A stretch of DNA of 64,000 nt, from positions 2,232 to 66,231 of the forward strand of contig CAZAUT010000003.1 in NCBI GenBank assembly GCA_964488535.1. The letters run 5' to 3'. Of the stretch, positions 29,182-37,509 are shown one piece after another; position 1 is the first letter of the stretch; every line of letters starts with the position of its first letter. Source of the DNA: an uncultured Gammaproteobacteria bacterium (lineage in GTDB: Bacteria; Patescibacteriota; Microgenomatia; UBA8517). Under the pieces are notes generated by a model that was not told the DNA's origin, did no database searches, and saw nothing but the letters and a program-made list of their open reading frames with translations. The position numbers and the translations under genes were made by a program.

Positions 29182-29455
29182 AAACAGTTCGAATAAGATA
29201 TCCTCATTATTCGGTACTCCGACTGTCTGCCGACATACCGTTGTGACGTGATGACGCTTCACTTGCGTGGTAGACTATCGCCTACCCGGCTCCGGGATCC
29301 CAACCAATCCCTTCACAGCCTTTTTTAAATTATGTTGGTATAGTACCAAAATTTCGAAATAATTGCAAACATACTGAAGTTGAAAAGAATTTTGACATGT
29401 CGATCTGCGATTGCCATAGCGATTTGAAAAATCGGTATGTCGCAAAAATTTGCTG

Positions 29456-29527
29456 TGCCAAGGGAGAGGATCGAACTCTCGACATCGCGCTTATGAAACG
29501 CGCGCTCTACCACTGAGCTACCTTGGC
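29456..29527 (-). tRNA. tRNA-Met (CAT anticodon; elongator Met or Ile2/lysidine type)
   Basis: The minus strand reads GCCAAGGTAGCTCAGTGGTAGAGCGCGCGTTTCATAAGCGCGATGTCGAGAGTTCGATCCTCTCCCTTGGCA. The cloverleaf is complete, with anticodon loop TTCATAA and no GGG/CCC initiator signature in the anticodon stem. Confidence 0.8.
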
Positions 29528-29540
29528 AATATTTTTTGCG

Positions 29541-29577
29541 CCATGAAACGATTGCTCTACCACTGAGCTACGTTGGC
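29541..29577 (-). pseudogene. truncated 5'-half copy of tRNA-Met, ending in the anticodon loop after CAT
   Basis: The minus strand reads GCCAACGTAGCTCAGTGGTAGAGCAATCGTTTCAT then GGCGC. It lies 12 nt upstream of the intact tRNA-Met. Confidence 0.5.
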
Positions 29578-29589
29578 AAAATTTGTCAT

Positions 29590-29700
29590 GAAACGACTAC
29601 CCTGCCATTACCTGCCCCGTAAAAGCGATACTTCGATGCGAGGATGTAAACCTCGAGAGAAGCGAGCTCTGTACGGGGAGCTACCCCGACATTCCCTATT
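29590..29700 (-). ncRNA. conserved noncoding element, copy E2, upstream of tRNA-Met
   Basis: cgatgcgaggatgtaaacctcgagagaagcgagctctgtacgggg shares blocks with E1 and E3. It contains the hairpin CGAGG-7nt-CCTCG. Confidence 0.3.
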
Positions 29701-29906
29701 TTACTAAAGCGTTGTATTAACTTCAATCTTGAAGTATAATTTACCCTGTTCTTTACCATAATTCCTAATTCATAATTCGTAATTCAGGAAAAATGTGCGG
29801 GGTAGTGTCCCGAAAAAATTTCGCTTTGCTCAATTCAACGGGACGAGCAGATGAAACTTCGCATACATTGGTAATTTTAATCGTATTTTAACAACTTAAT
29901 CATATG

Positions 29907-30227
29907 TGCGGGGTAGTGTACGGCTGCACGGAAGGCTCAAAATGGGCTTCCCGCTTAGCGGGATAAATTTGGCTATATCGGTGAAACCTAAGCTTTATAG
30001 AGTATGGCAACGCCGAGGAAAGACTACGTTCAAATTTTATGAAAGTAGAATCCGTAGAGACTATACGCCAAAGCACGTTCATATAAACTGAATGTACAAG
30101 ACATAGTCCGACACTCCCAAATACCTTTTGGTATTTGACAGTAAACTGTATAGTTCATTGCAAGAAATTGGAGATTACAGAATAAGCATAATCTTCCAGA
30201 TCAGGTTCAACTCCTGACCCCGCAACA
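29907..30227 (+). ncRNA. ssrA: tmRNA (SsrA)
   Basis: The 5' acceptor strand TGCGGGG pairs with the 3' CCCCGCA. The 3' T-arm CAGGTTCAACTCCTG is near-identical to the E. coli tmRNA T-arm GGGTTCAACTCCCGC. A candidate tag ORF at 30007-30042 (GCA ACG CCG AGG AAA GAC TAC GTT CAA ATT TTA TGA, giving ATPRKDYVQIL) aligns in position and codons with E. coli ANDENYALAA. Confidence 0.6.
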
Positions 30228-30241
30228 CATTTTTCAGAAAT

Positions 30242-30676
30242 TTAAAAACTGCTTTTCTGAAAAAAAATCTCTGCCCACTTCCTCCAATTTGGTACCGTGT
30301 TGTCCTCATTAATAATTTCATCCTTGGGCACAAGTTTAACCAAAATCTCATCCGGCGGTAAGATCAGAATCAGCTCATTTTCTTTTGTCATGTTCAGTTG
30401 ATTACGAAGCTGCTTTTCAATATAATCGTCACTTGTAATCTCTTCATATTTACTCTTTAATTGGGCTTCCCTGTCGCGAAGTTCAACCAGTTCTCTTTCT
30501 TTTATGTCCGCTTCCTCGTCAATATTTCTCAGTCTCTTGAAAGTACGCACGGAAGAACTTAAAAACATCACTAAAGAAACGAGAAAAGCGATGGATAAGA
30601 TCTTCTCTTTAACCGCAGACGAACGTTTTTCTGAATTATTTTTGATTAGACTATATTGTCTCATAATATTGACCAA
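30242..30676 (-). CDS. FtsB/DivIC-like septum formation initiator (TM + coiled coil)
   Basis: 144 aa with an N-terminal TM helix followed by a heptad-rich segment (ELVELRDREAQLKSKYEEI). Confidence 0.45.
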   Translation of the reverse strand: MVNIMRQYSLIKNNSEKRSSAVKEKILSIAFLVSLVMFLSSSVRTFKRLRNIDEEADIKERELVELRDREAQLKSKYEEITSDDYIEKQLRNQLNMTKENELILILPPDEILVKLVPKDEIINEDNTVPNWRKWAEIFFQKSSF

Positions 30677-30762
30677 GTGCCATACGACGTGATAATATAC
30701 TGTCCGATAGCTTATTTTTTAAGGGTTAGGTCTCCAAAATAAGTCTAAAGACATTATATAAT

Positions 30763-31626
30763 ATGACGCAGGTTGTTCTTAAAGACCTTTTGCCCAAATT
30801 CATACAACACCTCAAGGATAATAAAAGATCCCCATCGACAGTATTGGCGTACAAAGCAGACCTCGATCAGCTGGTTTCATTTCTCACAGAGAAAGGTAAA
30901 GTATTGACCGAAGATGTAGAAGCATCCGACATTGAAGGGTTCCGTGATACGCTGCTAGCCAACAAGTATACGCCGAAATCCGTTTCGAGAAAACTAAATG
31001 CCGTAAAAACGTTTTTCAGGTTTTTGACCGACAACAAAATATCTCCCAAAGATCCGTCGTCTTCAGTTTCTCACCCCAAAATCGAGTCAACTATGCCGAA
31101 ATTTTTATCTGCCATTGAATACAGAGCCTTGCGGGATGTGGTCCGAAACGACGCCAGGATAGCTGCAATAATTGAATTGATCTTAGAGGCCGGATTGAGA
31201 ATTTCTGAAGTAGCCGGACTTAAAAGGGAAAACTGCAAAAACCACATCCTTAAAATTGAGGCTTATGCAACTCAGGAAGCTCGGGAAATTCCTCTCAATG
31301 CATCGGCAAAGGCTGCCCTCGACAGGTATCTTAACGAGAGGCCGGATACCAAGTCTCCCTATGTATTCGTAAGTAAAAACGGAAAACCTCTTGCCATAAG
31401 AAATATCAGAGCAGCTATCGACAGATATTTCCAAAAAGCCGAAATTCCCGGATACACCGTAAACGATCTCCGCACTACTTTTGTCGTACAAAACTTAAAA
31501 GCCGGCGTGGATCTTATTCTTCTTTCCCGTGTTTCGGGCCCCAAAAGACTCTCAACGACGGAAAGATATCTTCAGCTTGCCCAAATCACCCAATCGGGCA
31601 AGAAACAGGAGTTGGTGGAGTTGTAA
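30763..31626 (+). CDS. tyrosine site-specific recombinase (XerC/XerD/integrase family), with divergent active-site residues
   Basis: Core-binding N-domain, ARG-I in GLRISEVAGL, DLRTTF in place of HxLRH, and C-terminal LSTTERY carrying the catalytic Tyr. Confidence 0.7.
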   Translation: MTQVVLKDLLPKFIQHLKDNKRSPSTVLAYKADLDQLVSFLTEKGKVLTEDVEASDIEGFRDTLLANKYTPKSVSRKLNAVKTFFRFLTDNKISPKDPSSSVSHPKIESTMPKFLSAIEYRALRDVVRNDARIAAIIELILEAGLRISEVAGLKRENCKNHILKIEAYATQEAREIPLNASAKAALDRYLNERPDTKSPYVFVSKNGKPLAIRNIRAAIDRYFQKAEIPGYTVNDLRTTFVVQNLKAGVDLILLSRVSGPKRLSTTERYLQLAQITQSGKKQELVEL

Positions 31627-31654
31627 ACCCAATAAATTAGCCCAATTAGTCAAA

Positions 31655-32203
31655 TTAGTCCAATTTGCCTAATTTGTAGTTACTTCTTTTTCTGTACAAA
31701 TTTTCACGAAATCCACCTTCCTTCACAAACTTTTCTTGTTTTGACTTCAGCAGTTTGTCCAAAAGATAACCCTGCTTGTAACACAAACAAATCATTAAAT
31801 TTGCAAAATTTTCGGGGTTGTTAAAATCCAATCCTGTCCAATCGGCTAAATCATCCAAAGTAGTTGGTTTACCAACGCTTTCTTTAAAACTCCGTATTCT
31901 TAACACCCGCGGGTCGTTTTTGTCCCATACCGGCAAATTCCTCATCCTTAAAAAATCCTCATAATCCTCCGAAAGTTCCGAATATGAACTTCTGCTGACA
32001 CTATTAAGCATAATGTCGCTGGCTATTGAAAGTTCTTTTGAACCTTCAACAATATTCTGCTTGCCGCTTCTTGCGGCTTGAATCATCTGCTCAACGGTTC
32101 TTTTGAATTTTGGGTGAGACAAAAATCTTTCACAAAAAATGTTTGTTAAATCGTAGATCGTAACTGAAGTTCGATAAACCAGAAGTTCTTTATATCCTCC
32201 CAT
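31655..32203 (-). CDS. four-helix-bundle protein with a C-terminal suffix domain
   Basis: LLVYRTS..IYDLT...QMIQAARSGKQNIVEGS plus a ~70-aa C-terminal extension. Confidence 0.6.
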   Translation of the reverse strand: MGGYKELLVYRTSVTIYDLTNIFCERFLSHPKFKRTVEQMIQAARSGKQNIVEGSKELSIASDIMLNSVSRSSYSELSEDYEDFLRMRNLPVWDKNDPRVLRIRSFKESVGKPTTLDDLADWTGLDFNNPENFANLMICLCYKQGYLLDKLLKSKQEKFVKEGGFRENLYRKRSNYKLGKLD

Positions 32204-32407
32204 TATCTCAAGTTAGCCCAATCGGACAAATTAGTCAAATTCAGATAATCAGCCAAATTAGACAAATTAGCCACACGCCAATAAACCGTTTTTTATTTTC
32301 AACATATTTGTGGCCCGGGATGGGTTCGACCAAGTCTGACTTGGGTTACTCTCCATCGACTTCCATTTTATGACAGATACTAATCTGACATGTCAGAAAT
32401 TGAGATT

Positions 32408-32446
32408 GTGGGCGTGCATGGGATCGAACCATGGACATCTACTTTA
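32408..32446 (-). pseudogene. 3' half of a split tRNA (AAAGTAG..GTCCATGGTTCGATCCCATGCACGCCCA)
   Basis: An anticodon-stem 3' strand, variable loop, T-arm and acceptor 3' strand CACGCCC that match the 5' half at 32569-32602. Confidence 0.45.
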
Positions 32447-32462
32447 TGGCAATAAATTTCCT

Positions 32463-32534
32463 GTGGGCTGAGATGGGTTCGAACCATCGACATCTACTTT
32501 ATAAGAGTAGCGCTCTACCACTGAGCTATCAGCC
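32463..32534 (-). tRNA. tRNA-Ile (TAT anticodon)
   Basis: The minus strand reads GGGCTGATAGCTCAGTGGTAGAGCGCTACTCTTATAAAGTAGATGTCGATGGTTCGAACCCATCTCAGCCCA. The cloverleaf is complete, with anticodon loop CTTATAA. Confidence 0.7.
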
Positions 32535-32568
32535 CTTAAATTTATTGACATGTCAAACTCCGTTTGCC

Positions 32569-32602
32569 ATAAGAGTAGCGCTCTACCGCTGAGCTACACG
32601 CC
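32569..32602 (-). pseudogene. 5' half of a split tRNA (GGGCGTGTAGCTCAGCGGTAGAGCGCTACTCTTAT)
   Basis: Acceptor 5' strand, D-arm, anticodon stem, and a loop ending at CTTAT. Its 3' partner lies 125 nt downstream on the minus strand, beyond the intact tRNA-Ile. Confidence 0.45.
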
Positions 32603-32614
32603 CTCAACTTCTGT

Positions 32615-32650
32615 CATAAGAAAGGCACTCTAACCACTGAGTTACCGAGC
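32615..32650 (-). pseudogene. additional truncated tRNA 5' half (GGCTCGGTAACTCAGTGGTTAGAGTGCCTTTCTTAT)
   Basis: A third 5' half that also ends at CTTAT. No matching 3' half was found. Confidence 0.4.
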
Positions 32651-32971
32651 CGTGAGGTTATTATATCAAGAGATGTGTAAAAACTTAACACGAGGTTGAA
32701 AATTTGTTGATAGTTACTTGGTTACTTTGACAAACGCGGTACGTGATACGAAATGCGAGATACGAAATACGTAAAACGAAAATGGTTAGTAGAAATCAGA
32801 AAATTGTAATGGATAATAGAGATTGGAAAATGGTACTCAAATTTCTATTTTCAATTTTCCATTACTAATTTCTACTTTCTCTCAACCAATTTCTGTTCCT
32901 GTTTATTGTTTTTCCTCCCAATATCCTAATATCCTAGTATCTTAATATCTTCATCTCTCAACAATTTGTAT

Positions 32972-33808
32972 TCACAAATTATTGTTCACCGCTCCCCTTA
33001 TCCCCTCCCAATCCTTAACTTTTCTTATTTTGAGGTTTTTATTCCATGCGGCCCGAAGTACGGAAAGGTCAACACCTAATTTTTTGGCGTGTCCCAAAAT
33101 GGCTACGGTATCCTTGGGGAAACATTTCAAACCAAAACCTCCAAACGGAGACGCCTTCAAAAATGCCTTACCTACTCTCGGATCGGCACCTACCATCTCT
33201 GCAATTTCGTTATAATTAACCCCCAATTTCTTTGCCAGTTCCGCCATTTCATTGGCAAAAATTATTTTGGTTGCCATAAAAGTATTACTCATATATTTCA
33301 CCATCTCAGCCGATGTCGGGTCGGTTATATAAACTTTCACTTTATAGCCCATTACGTCACGGTGAAGACGGGCAATTCTGTTGGCAACATCTTCGTTAAA
33401 GGCACCGATGACAATACGGTCCGGGTGTAAAAAATCCCATGGAGCATTGATTTCGGTTAAAAATTCCGGATTCATGGCAAAATCCACTTTCGGATATTTC
33501 TTTGCGTATTTGGCGGTTGTGCCCGGAATCACAGTTGATTTAACAATTACGGGAATGTTCTTTCCGGCCAGTAGAGGAGCTATCCCGTCAACAACCTTGT
33601 CCATTATGGAAAGATCGATACCTGTGTGATCCGCTTTCATCGGTGTGGGAAGACAAAGAAAAATAAAGTCGGACTTTTCGCAGAGTTCCCCGACCGGAGT
33701 CGATCCTTTATCGGTCTTATTGTTCCACAGAATTTTATGTTTCCTGCCAAAACCCGTTCCGGTAGCCTTGCCTACTATTCCCCAACCGATAATACCAAGC
33801 GTAGCCAT
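32972..33808 (-). CDS. UDP-glucose / nucleotide-sugar 6-dehydrogenase family protein (short form)
   Basis: N-terminal Rossmann fold GIIGWGIVG and catalytic GFGLKCFPKD. At 278 aa it appears to lack the usual C-terminal UDP-binding domain. Confidence 0.65.
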   Translation of the reverse strand: MATLGIIGWGIVGKATGTGFGRKHKILWNNKTDKGSTPVGELCEKSDFIFLCLPTPMKADHTGIDLSIMDKVVDGIAPLLAGKNIPVIVKSTVIPGTTAKYAKKYPKVDFAMNPEFLTEINAPWDFLHPDRIVIGAFNEDVANRIARLHRDVMGYKVKVYITDPTSAEMVKYMSNTFMATKIIFANEMAELAKKLGVNYNEIAEMVGADPRVGKAFLKASPFGGFGLKCFPKDTVAILGHAKKLGVDLSVLRAAWNKNLKIRKVKDWEGIRGAVNNNL

Positions 33809-33945
33809 GATGAGAAATTTACTACTTTATAAAAAAAATCGCAAGGGAGGAAAAATCTTCACAAATATATACCAATTTCAAATGTCCACCAATTCCCAAT
33901 AAGAAATTTGTATTTATTTGTATTTATTGGTACTTATTGGAAATT

Positions 33946-36270
33946 CTATAGTTTTGATCTTCTTGCAATCTCTGCTTCAACAAGCCGAATGTCGCGCCCA
34001 TAATTAAGTCTGCTCATTTCGCGTATGATTTCGGCCACCTTCGGATTTTCCATAGCCTTTATTTTCTCAACATCGCGGAAAAGATCCATTGAAAATGGCG
34101 GAACGGGTTCATTATTTACCGTAGTTTTGACATAGACGTGATATTTTTCAATGTTAAGAAGGTCGTCTTCGGCAAAAACGGGTGTAAATTCATGCTGAAG
34201 GTAACTCGCGTCCGTAGTTCCGATTCTAAAAGAAATTATCGTGCCGACGTTCCCGAAAACGGCGTTTTTAACCTCTTCCTCCACCTGTCCGATAAACTGA
34301 TTTGCAACACAAAGTGCCAGAGCATATTTTCTGGCTTCGGAGAGAATGACAGCAAAATCAGGGGTTGCAAAATTTTGGAACTCATCAACATAAAGATAAA
34401 ACGGACGTCTTTGCTCTTTAGGTACGTCTGTCCTGCTCATTGCTGCCATAAGAATTCTTGGAACCAAAATAAGCCCCAAAAAGCTGGAGTTCTCCTCCCC
34501 GATCGTACCTTTTGAGAGATTGATAAAGAGAATCTTTCCGTCATCCATAACCCGGCGGAGATCGAAAGATGACTGGGATTGGCCGATTATATTCCTCACC
34601 ATCTTGTTTGTAACAAATCTTCCGAATTTTGAAGTAATATAGTCCAAAACTTCAGATTTATGAAAATCGGACGTCTGTGCAATCTGGTCGGTCCAGTAAC
34701 GCCGGACAATCGGATCCTTCACTTTAGGCAGCAGTTCCTGCACATAGCGCGAGTCTGTCAAAACCCTCATTACCTCGATAAAAGTGTTGCCATCCTCGCT
34801 CATAACCGTCAGCATTGCATTTCTTACTGCATGTTCAAAACGAGGGCCCACAATACCGGTTTTATAGGGATCGAAAAGCTTATACATCATGTTTATGACG
34901 GAAGTGGATGCAAAGTGCTTCTGATCTTCCGTTTTGGCTTCAAGAAGGTTTAACCCCATCGGTCTTTCCGTGTCGGAAGGGTTGAAATAAATAACATCCT
35001 CGGCCCGTTCCGGCGGGATGAGATTTAAAAGTTCCTCTACCGCGTCTCCATGCGGATCGATAAAACACACTCCCTCGCCGTTTCGTATGTCCTGAATTAC
35101 AAGATCTTTTAATAGCTCCGACTTTCCGACACCGGTTTTTCCGACAATATACATATGCCTCATTCTGTCTTCATCGGTAATGTAAACCGGCCGTTTTGTT
35201 CCCTGGTATGAACTTAATCCCAAATACGTTCCCGTCTGAGGAATTCTGGCCGGGGCAGGTGCGGTTTTTGAATAAACCCAATGTATATGGGGTGTTGTAA
35301 TCGTTTTATTGGGAAAATGATATATCGACGCAAGTTCCTCGGAATTAAGTATTGTTTTTTTATTTCCCATGATATGAAACATTGGGTGGTAACGGTAAAT
35401 AAAGTCTTCAATAAAAGCGCCTTTTTGTCTTACCTTTCTCCCTTTAAGATAATTAAGATCTCCGTTAAATTGTGCAAATGCACTGCTGATATTCGACAGG
35501 TGGGATTTTGCCGTCTCTTTGTTGTTGGCAACAACAACAATCCTGATTGATGTGTCAAAACCAGATTTGGATATTTTGTTTTCCACCGCCTCAAGCGTTT
35601 TCGCGGGAACGGAAAACTTTGCTTTCTCCGGATCTGCCTCCTGTTTCTTCGTTGAAGAAATAAAGCCGGATCCGGCTTTACTCCAGTTATTTTCTGCGGG
35701 AGAAATGAGTATTTGAATTGCAGCTGACTCACCATCGCCCATCTTTGCCAATGCTGCAGTTATAACCGACATAGGATCGGTGGGCAATTCTTTATATGTT
35801 TTCATCGGAAAGTAGTTGTCCCTTGCCAGTTGAAATGCCTTATAGGCAACCTTTCCTTCCTCCGTAAAGATATTGTATTCCTGTACTTCGGTCACGTCTG
35901 CATCGGGATACGCTCCGTGAATCTGTTTTTCTATCATGTCCTGAAATTTTTTCGGTGTCCAAACGTAAAAACGGATATCTTCCTTTTTGGCAACAATCTC
36001 GAAAGAAATCGTTGGCTGTGTTTTATATTTTTGTTTCCAACCGCCTTCTTTTATTGAATAAAGCGCGGAAAACATCTGCTCCATCGCATCAATTTTTATC
36101 TCATTATTTTTATGAACTGCCACCTGCAGTAAAACCGAGTCTATCGATTCTTCTTCTCTGTTTCGATGTTTGATATTCGTAAAAATAAAAAAAACCGCAA
36201 CGGCAGCAAAGAAAATAAAAAGAGACAATATTGCTAAAAATATTAGGATTATATCTATTTCGCTATACAT
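33946..36270 (-). CDS. type IV coupling protein-like P-loop ATPase (VirD4/TraD/TraG family), membrane anchored
   Basis: N-terminal TM helix, Walker A IVGKTGVGKS, Walker B YLYVDEFQNF, then ARKYALALCVANQF..GNVGTIISFRIG, which parallels the TrwB RKFGLRVVAGLQ..FRSLVVLG region. Confidence 0.55.
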   Translation of the reverse strand: MYSEIDIILIFLAILSLFIFFAAVAVFFIFTNIKHRNREEESIDSVLLQVAVHKNNEIKIDAMEQMFSALYSIKEGGWKQKYKTQPTISFEIVAKKEDIRFYVWTPKKFQDMIEKQIHGAYPDADVTEVQEYNIFTEEGKVAYKAFQLARDNYFPMKTYKELPTDPMSVITAALAKMGDGESAAIQILISPAENNWSKAGSGFISSTKKQEADPEKAKFSVPAKTLEAVENKISKSGFDTSIRIVVVANNKETAKSHLSNISSAFAQFNGDLNYLKGRKVRQKGAFIEDFIYRYHPMFHIMGNKKTILNSEELASIYHFPNKTITTPHIHWVYSKTAPAPARIPQTGTYLGLSSYQGTKRPVYITDEDRMRHMYIVGKTGVGKSELLKDLVIQDIRNGEGVCFIDPHGDAVEELLNLIPPERAEDVIYFNPSDTERPMGLNLLEAKTEDQKHFASTSVINMMYKLFDPYKTGIVGPRFEHAVRNAMLTVMSEDGNTFIEVMRVLTDSRYVQELLPKVKDPIVRRYWTDQIAQTSDFHKSEVLDYITSKFGRFVTNKMVRNIIGQSQSSFDLRRVMDDGKILFINLSKGTIGEENSSFLGLILVPRILMAAMSRTDVPKEQRRPFYLYVDEFQNFATPDFAVILSEARKYALALCVANQFIGQVEEEVKNAVFGNVGTIISFRIGTTDASYLQHEFTPVFAEDDLLNIEKYHVYVKTTVNNEPVPPFSMDLFRDVEKIKAMENPKVAEIIREMSRLNYGRDIRLVEAEIARRSKL

Positions 36271-36355
36271 ATATCTATCTTCACAAATACGTACAAATTA
36301 TAAATGAGTACTAATTTCCAATAAAAAATTCTTTCGTTGGTAATTTTTGAAATTC

Positions 36356-36718
36356 CTAAACAGAATTTTCTTTAGGGCTTGTAATCTTTTTAATCATTCT
36401 CCAACCGAAATGAATCGCTTTCTTGATTAGCCTGATCCAGAATACCGCAAACCAGGTTATTGCATTTTCCGAATCGCCCTTCGACCAATCTTCGAGCTGC
36501 TGCTGAGAAGCCGGTATCTGAATCGTCACCGTTTGAGTTTGCGGTGTTTGGATCAGAGGCTTCCCCGAATCGTCGTTGACCTGTGCCTGAAACTGGCTGG
36601 GAACTTTTTGTACAATACCTCCACGTTCCAGCTCCGGCGGAATTTCAACATCGGTCGGTCTTTCTTTAATTAAAGGCGGTCCGGGGGAATGCTGTTCCCT
36701 TTCAACATCGGTGGACAT
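36356..36718 (-). CDS. hypothetical protein with a C-terminal TM helix
   Basis: 120 aa: a Q/P-rich N-terminal half and ITWFAVFWIRLI as the TM segment. It lies immediately upstream of the coupling-protein-like gene in the same orientation. Confidence 0.35.
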   Translation of the reverse strand: MSTDVEREQHSPGPPLIKERPTDVEIPPELERGGIVQKVPSQFQAQVNDDSGKPLIQTPQTQTVTIQIPASQQQLEDWSKGDSENAITWFAVFWIRLIKKAIHFGWRMIKKITSPKENSV

Positions 36719-37026
36719 GCTAATTCATTATAACCAAAATTATCAAATTGTTATATGGCTATATGGCTATATTGTTACTACTTATTATTATTCTAACCTC
36801 GATTGACGAAGATAGATTCCCACGGCTGAAGCCGTGGTACATATATCATTTCAAACGCCTCGCGTTTGGATTGTCTGGTTCAATTCATCCCCCGCTGGGC
36901 GGGGTCTTCTTGAACTAATGATAAAATCTCTTCTTTATTGATTTATCACCTTTAACTATCAATTTCTTGATCACTCAATCAACTTGATTAACTCAATTAA
37001 CTTAATCAACTATTTGCTTGCGCAAT

Positions 37027-37056
37027 TTGACAAAGAAGAAGTAGTAGTAGTACAAT
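37027..37056 (+). promoter_or_regulatory. sigma70-like promoter, TTGACA-N18-TACAAT
   Basis: atttgacaaagaagaagtagtagtagtacaatg. A near-identical atttgacaaagaagaag box sits at 38284-38300 upstream of the second small Cys-rich ORF. Confidence 0.35.
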
Positions 37057-37426
37057 GCCCCATAATTATTTCATGAGTATAGAGTACATATTGGTTTCCG
37101 CAGATACACCGGCTGGTCAAGAGCATCACCTTAAAAAATATGCGCCTCCAGGATGTCCTGTCTTGGGTTGTTTAGATGAACATCGGAAAAGAGGCGAAGA
37201 TTGGTCTTATGCTTATCCGAAACCGGAAGAACAAAAACCATGGCCTATAGAATATTCAGGAACAGGAGAGGGTTTCACTCTCACATGCAGTCCTTGGTTT
37301 AACAGCAGAGTATGTGAAAGTTGTCGTTTAAATGAAAAAAATGGCGGCCATAAATACACCCACAAACCAACTTTGGGAGAAAAGATCAAAAAGGTAGTAC
37401 AGCAAATTGGAAATAAAATTTCCTAG
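37055..37426 (+). CDS. small Cys-rich hypothetical protein (cassette gene A)
   Basis: 123 aa with Cys pairs CPVLGC and CESC. The start may be the internal Met at 37073. Confidence 0.35.
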   Translation: MPHNYFMSIEYILVSADTPAGQEHHLKKYAPPGCPVLGCLDEHRKRGEDWSYAYPKPEEQKPWPIEYSGTGEGFTLTCSPWFNSRVCESCRLNEKNGGHKYTHKPTLGEKIKKVVQQIGNKIS

Positions 37427-37509
37427 GATTACTACTTCTTTGCTATCTTTGCAGAAAACCGTATTCACTTCAAGGTTGTTAACCTTCAAACCACCCACTT
37501 TTCCTCCCC

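Noticed and set aside
29101-29300. SRP (4.5S) RNA or 6S RNA candidates in the tRNA-Met / ssrA neighbourhood
   Set aside because: I could not find the conserved domain IV GGAA / AGCAGCC features of SRP RNA, and there was no recognisable 6S architecture. I have left it as an unassigned possible sRNA.
29325-29513. 62-aa ORF on the minus strand overlapping tRNA-Met
   Set aside because: It overlaps a well-formed tRNA gene and its trailer, and has no coding signal.
32290-32400. Possible further tRNA-like sequence (GGTTCGACC, CCAAGTCTGACTTGG hairpin) left of the tRNA-Ile cluster
   Set aside because: I could not assemble a cloverleaf. The acceptor strands are not complementary to the orphan 5' half. 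It may be a terminator hairpin or a degraded fragment.
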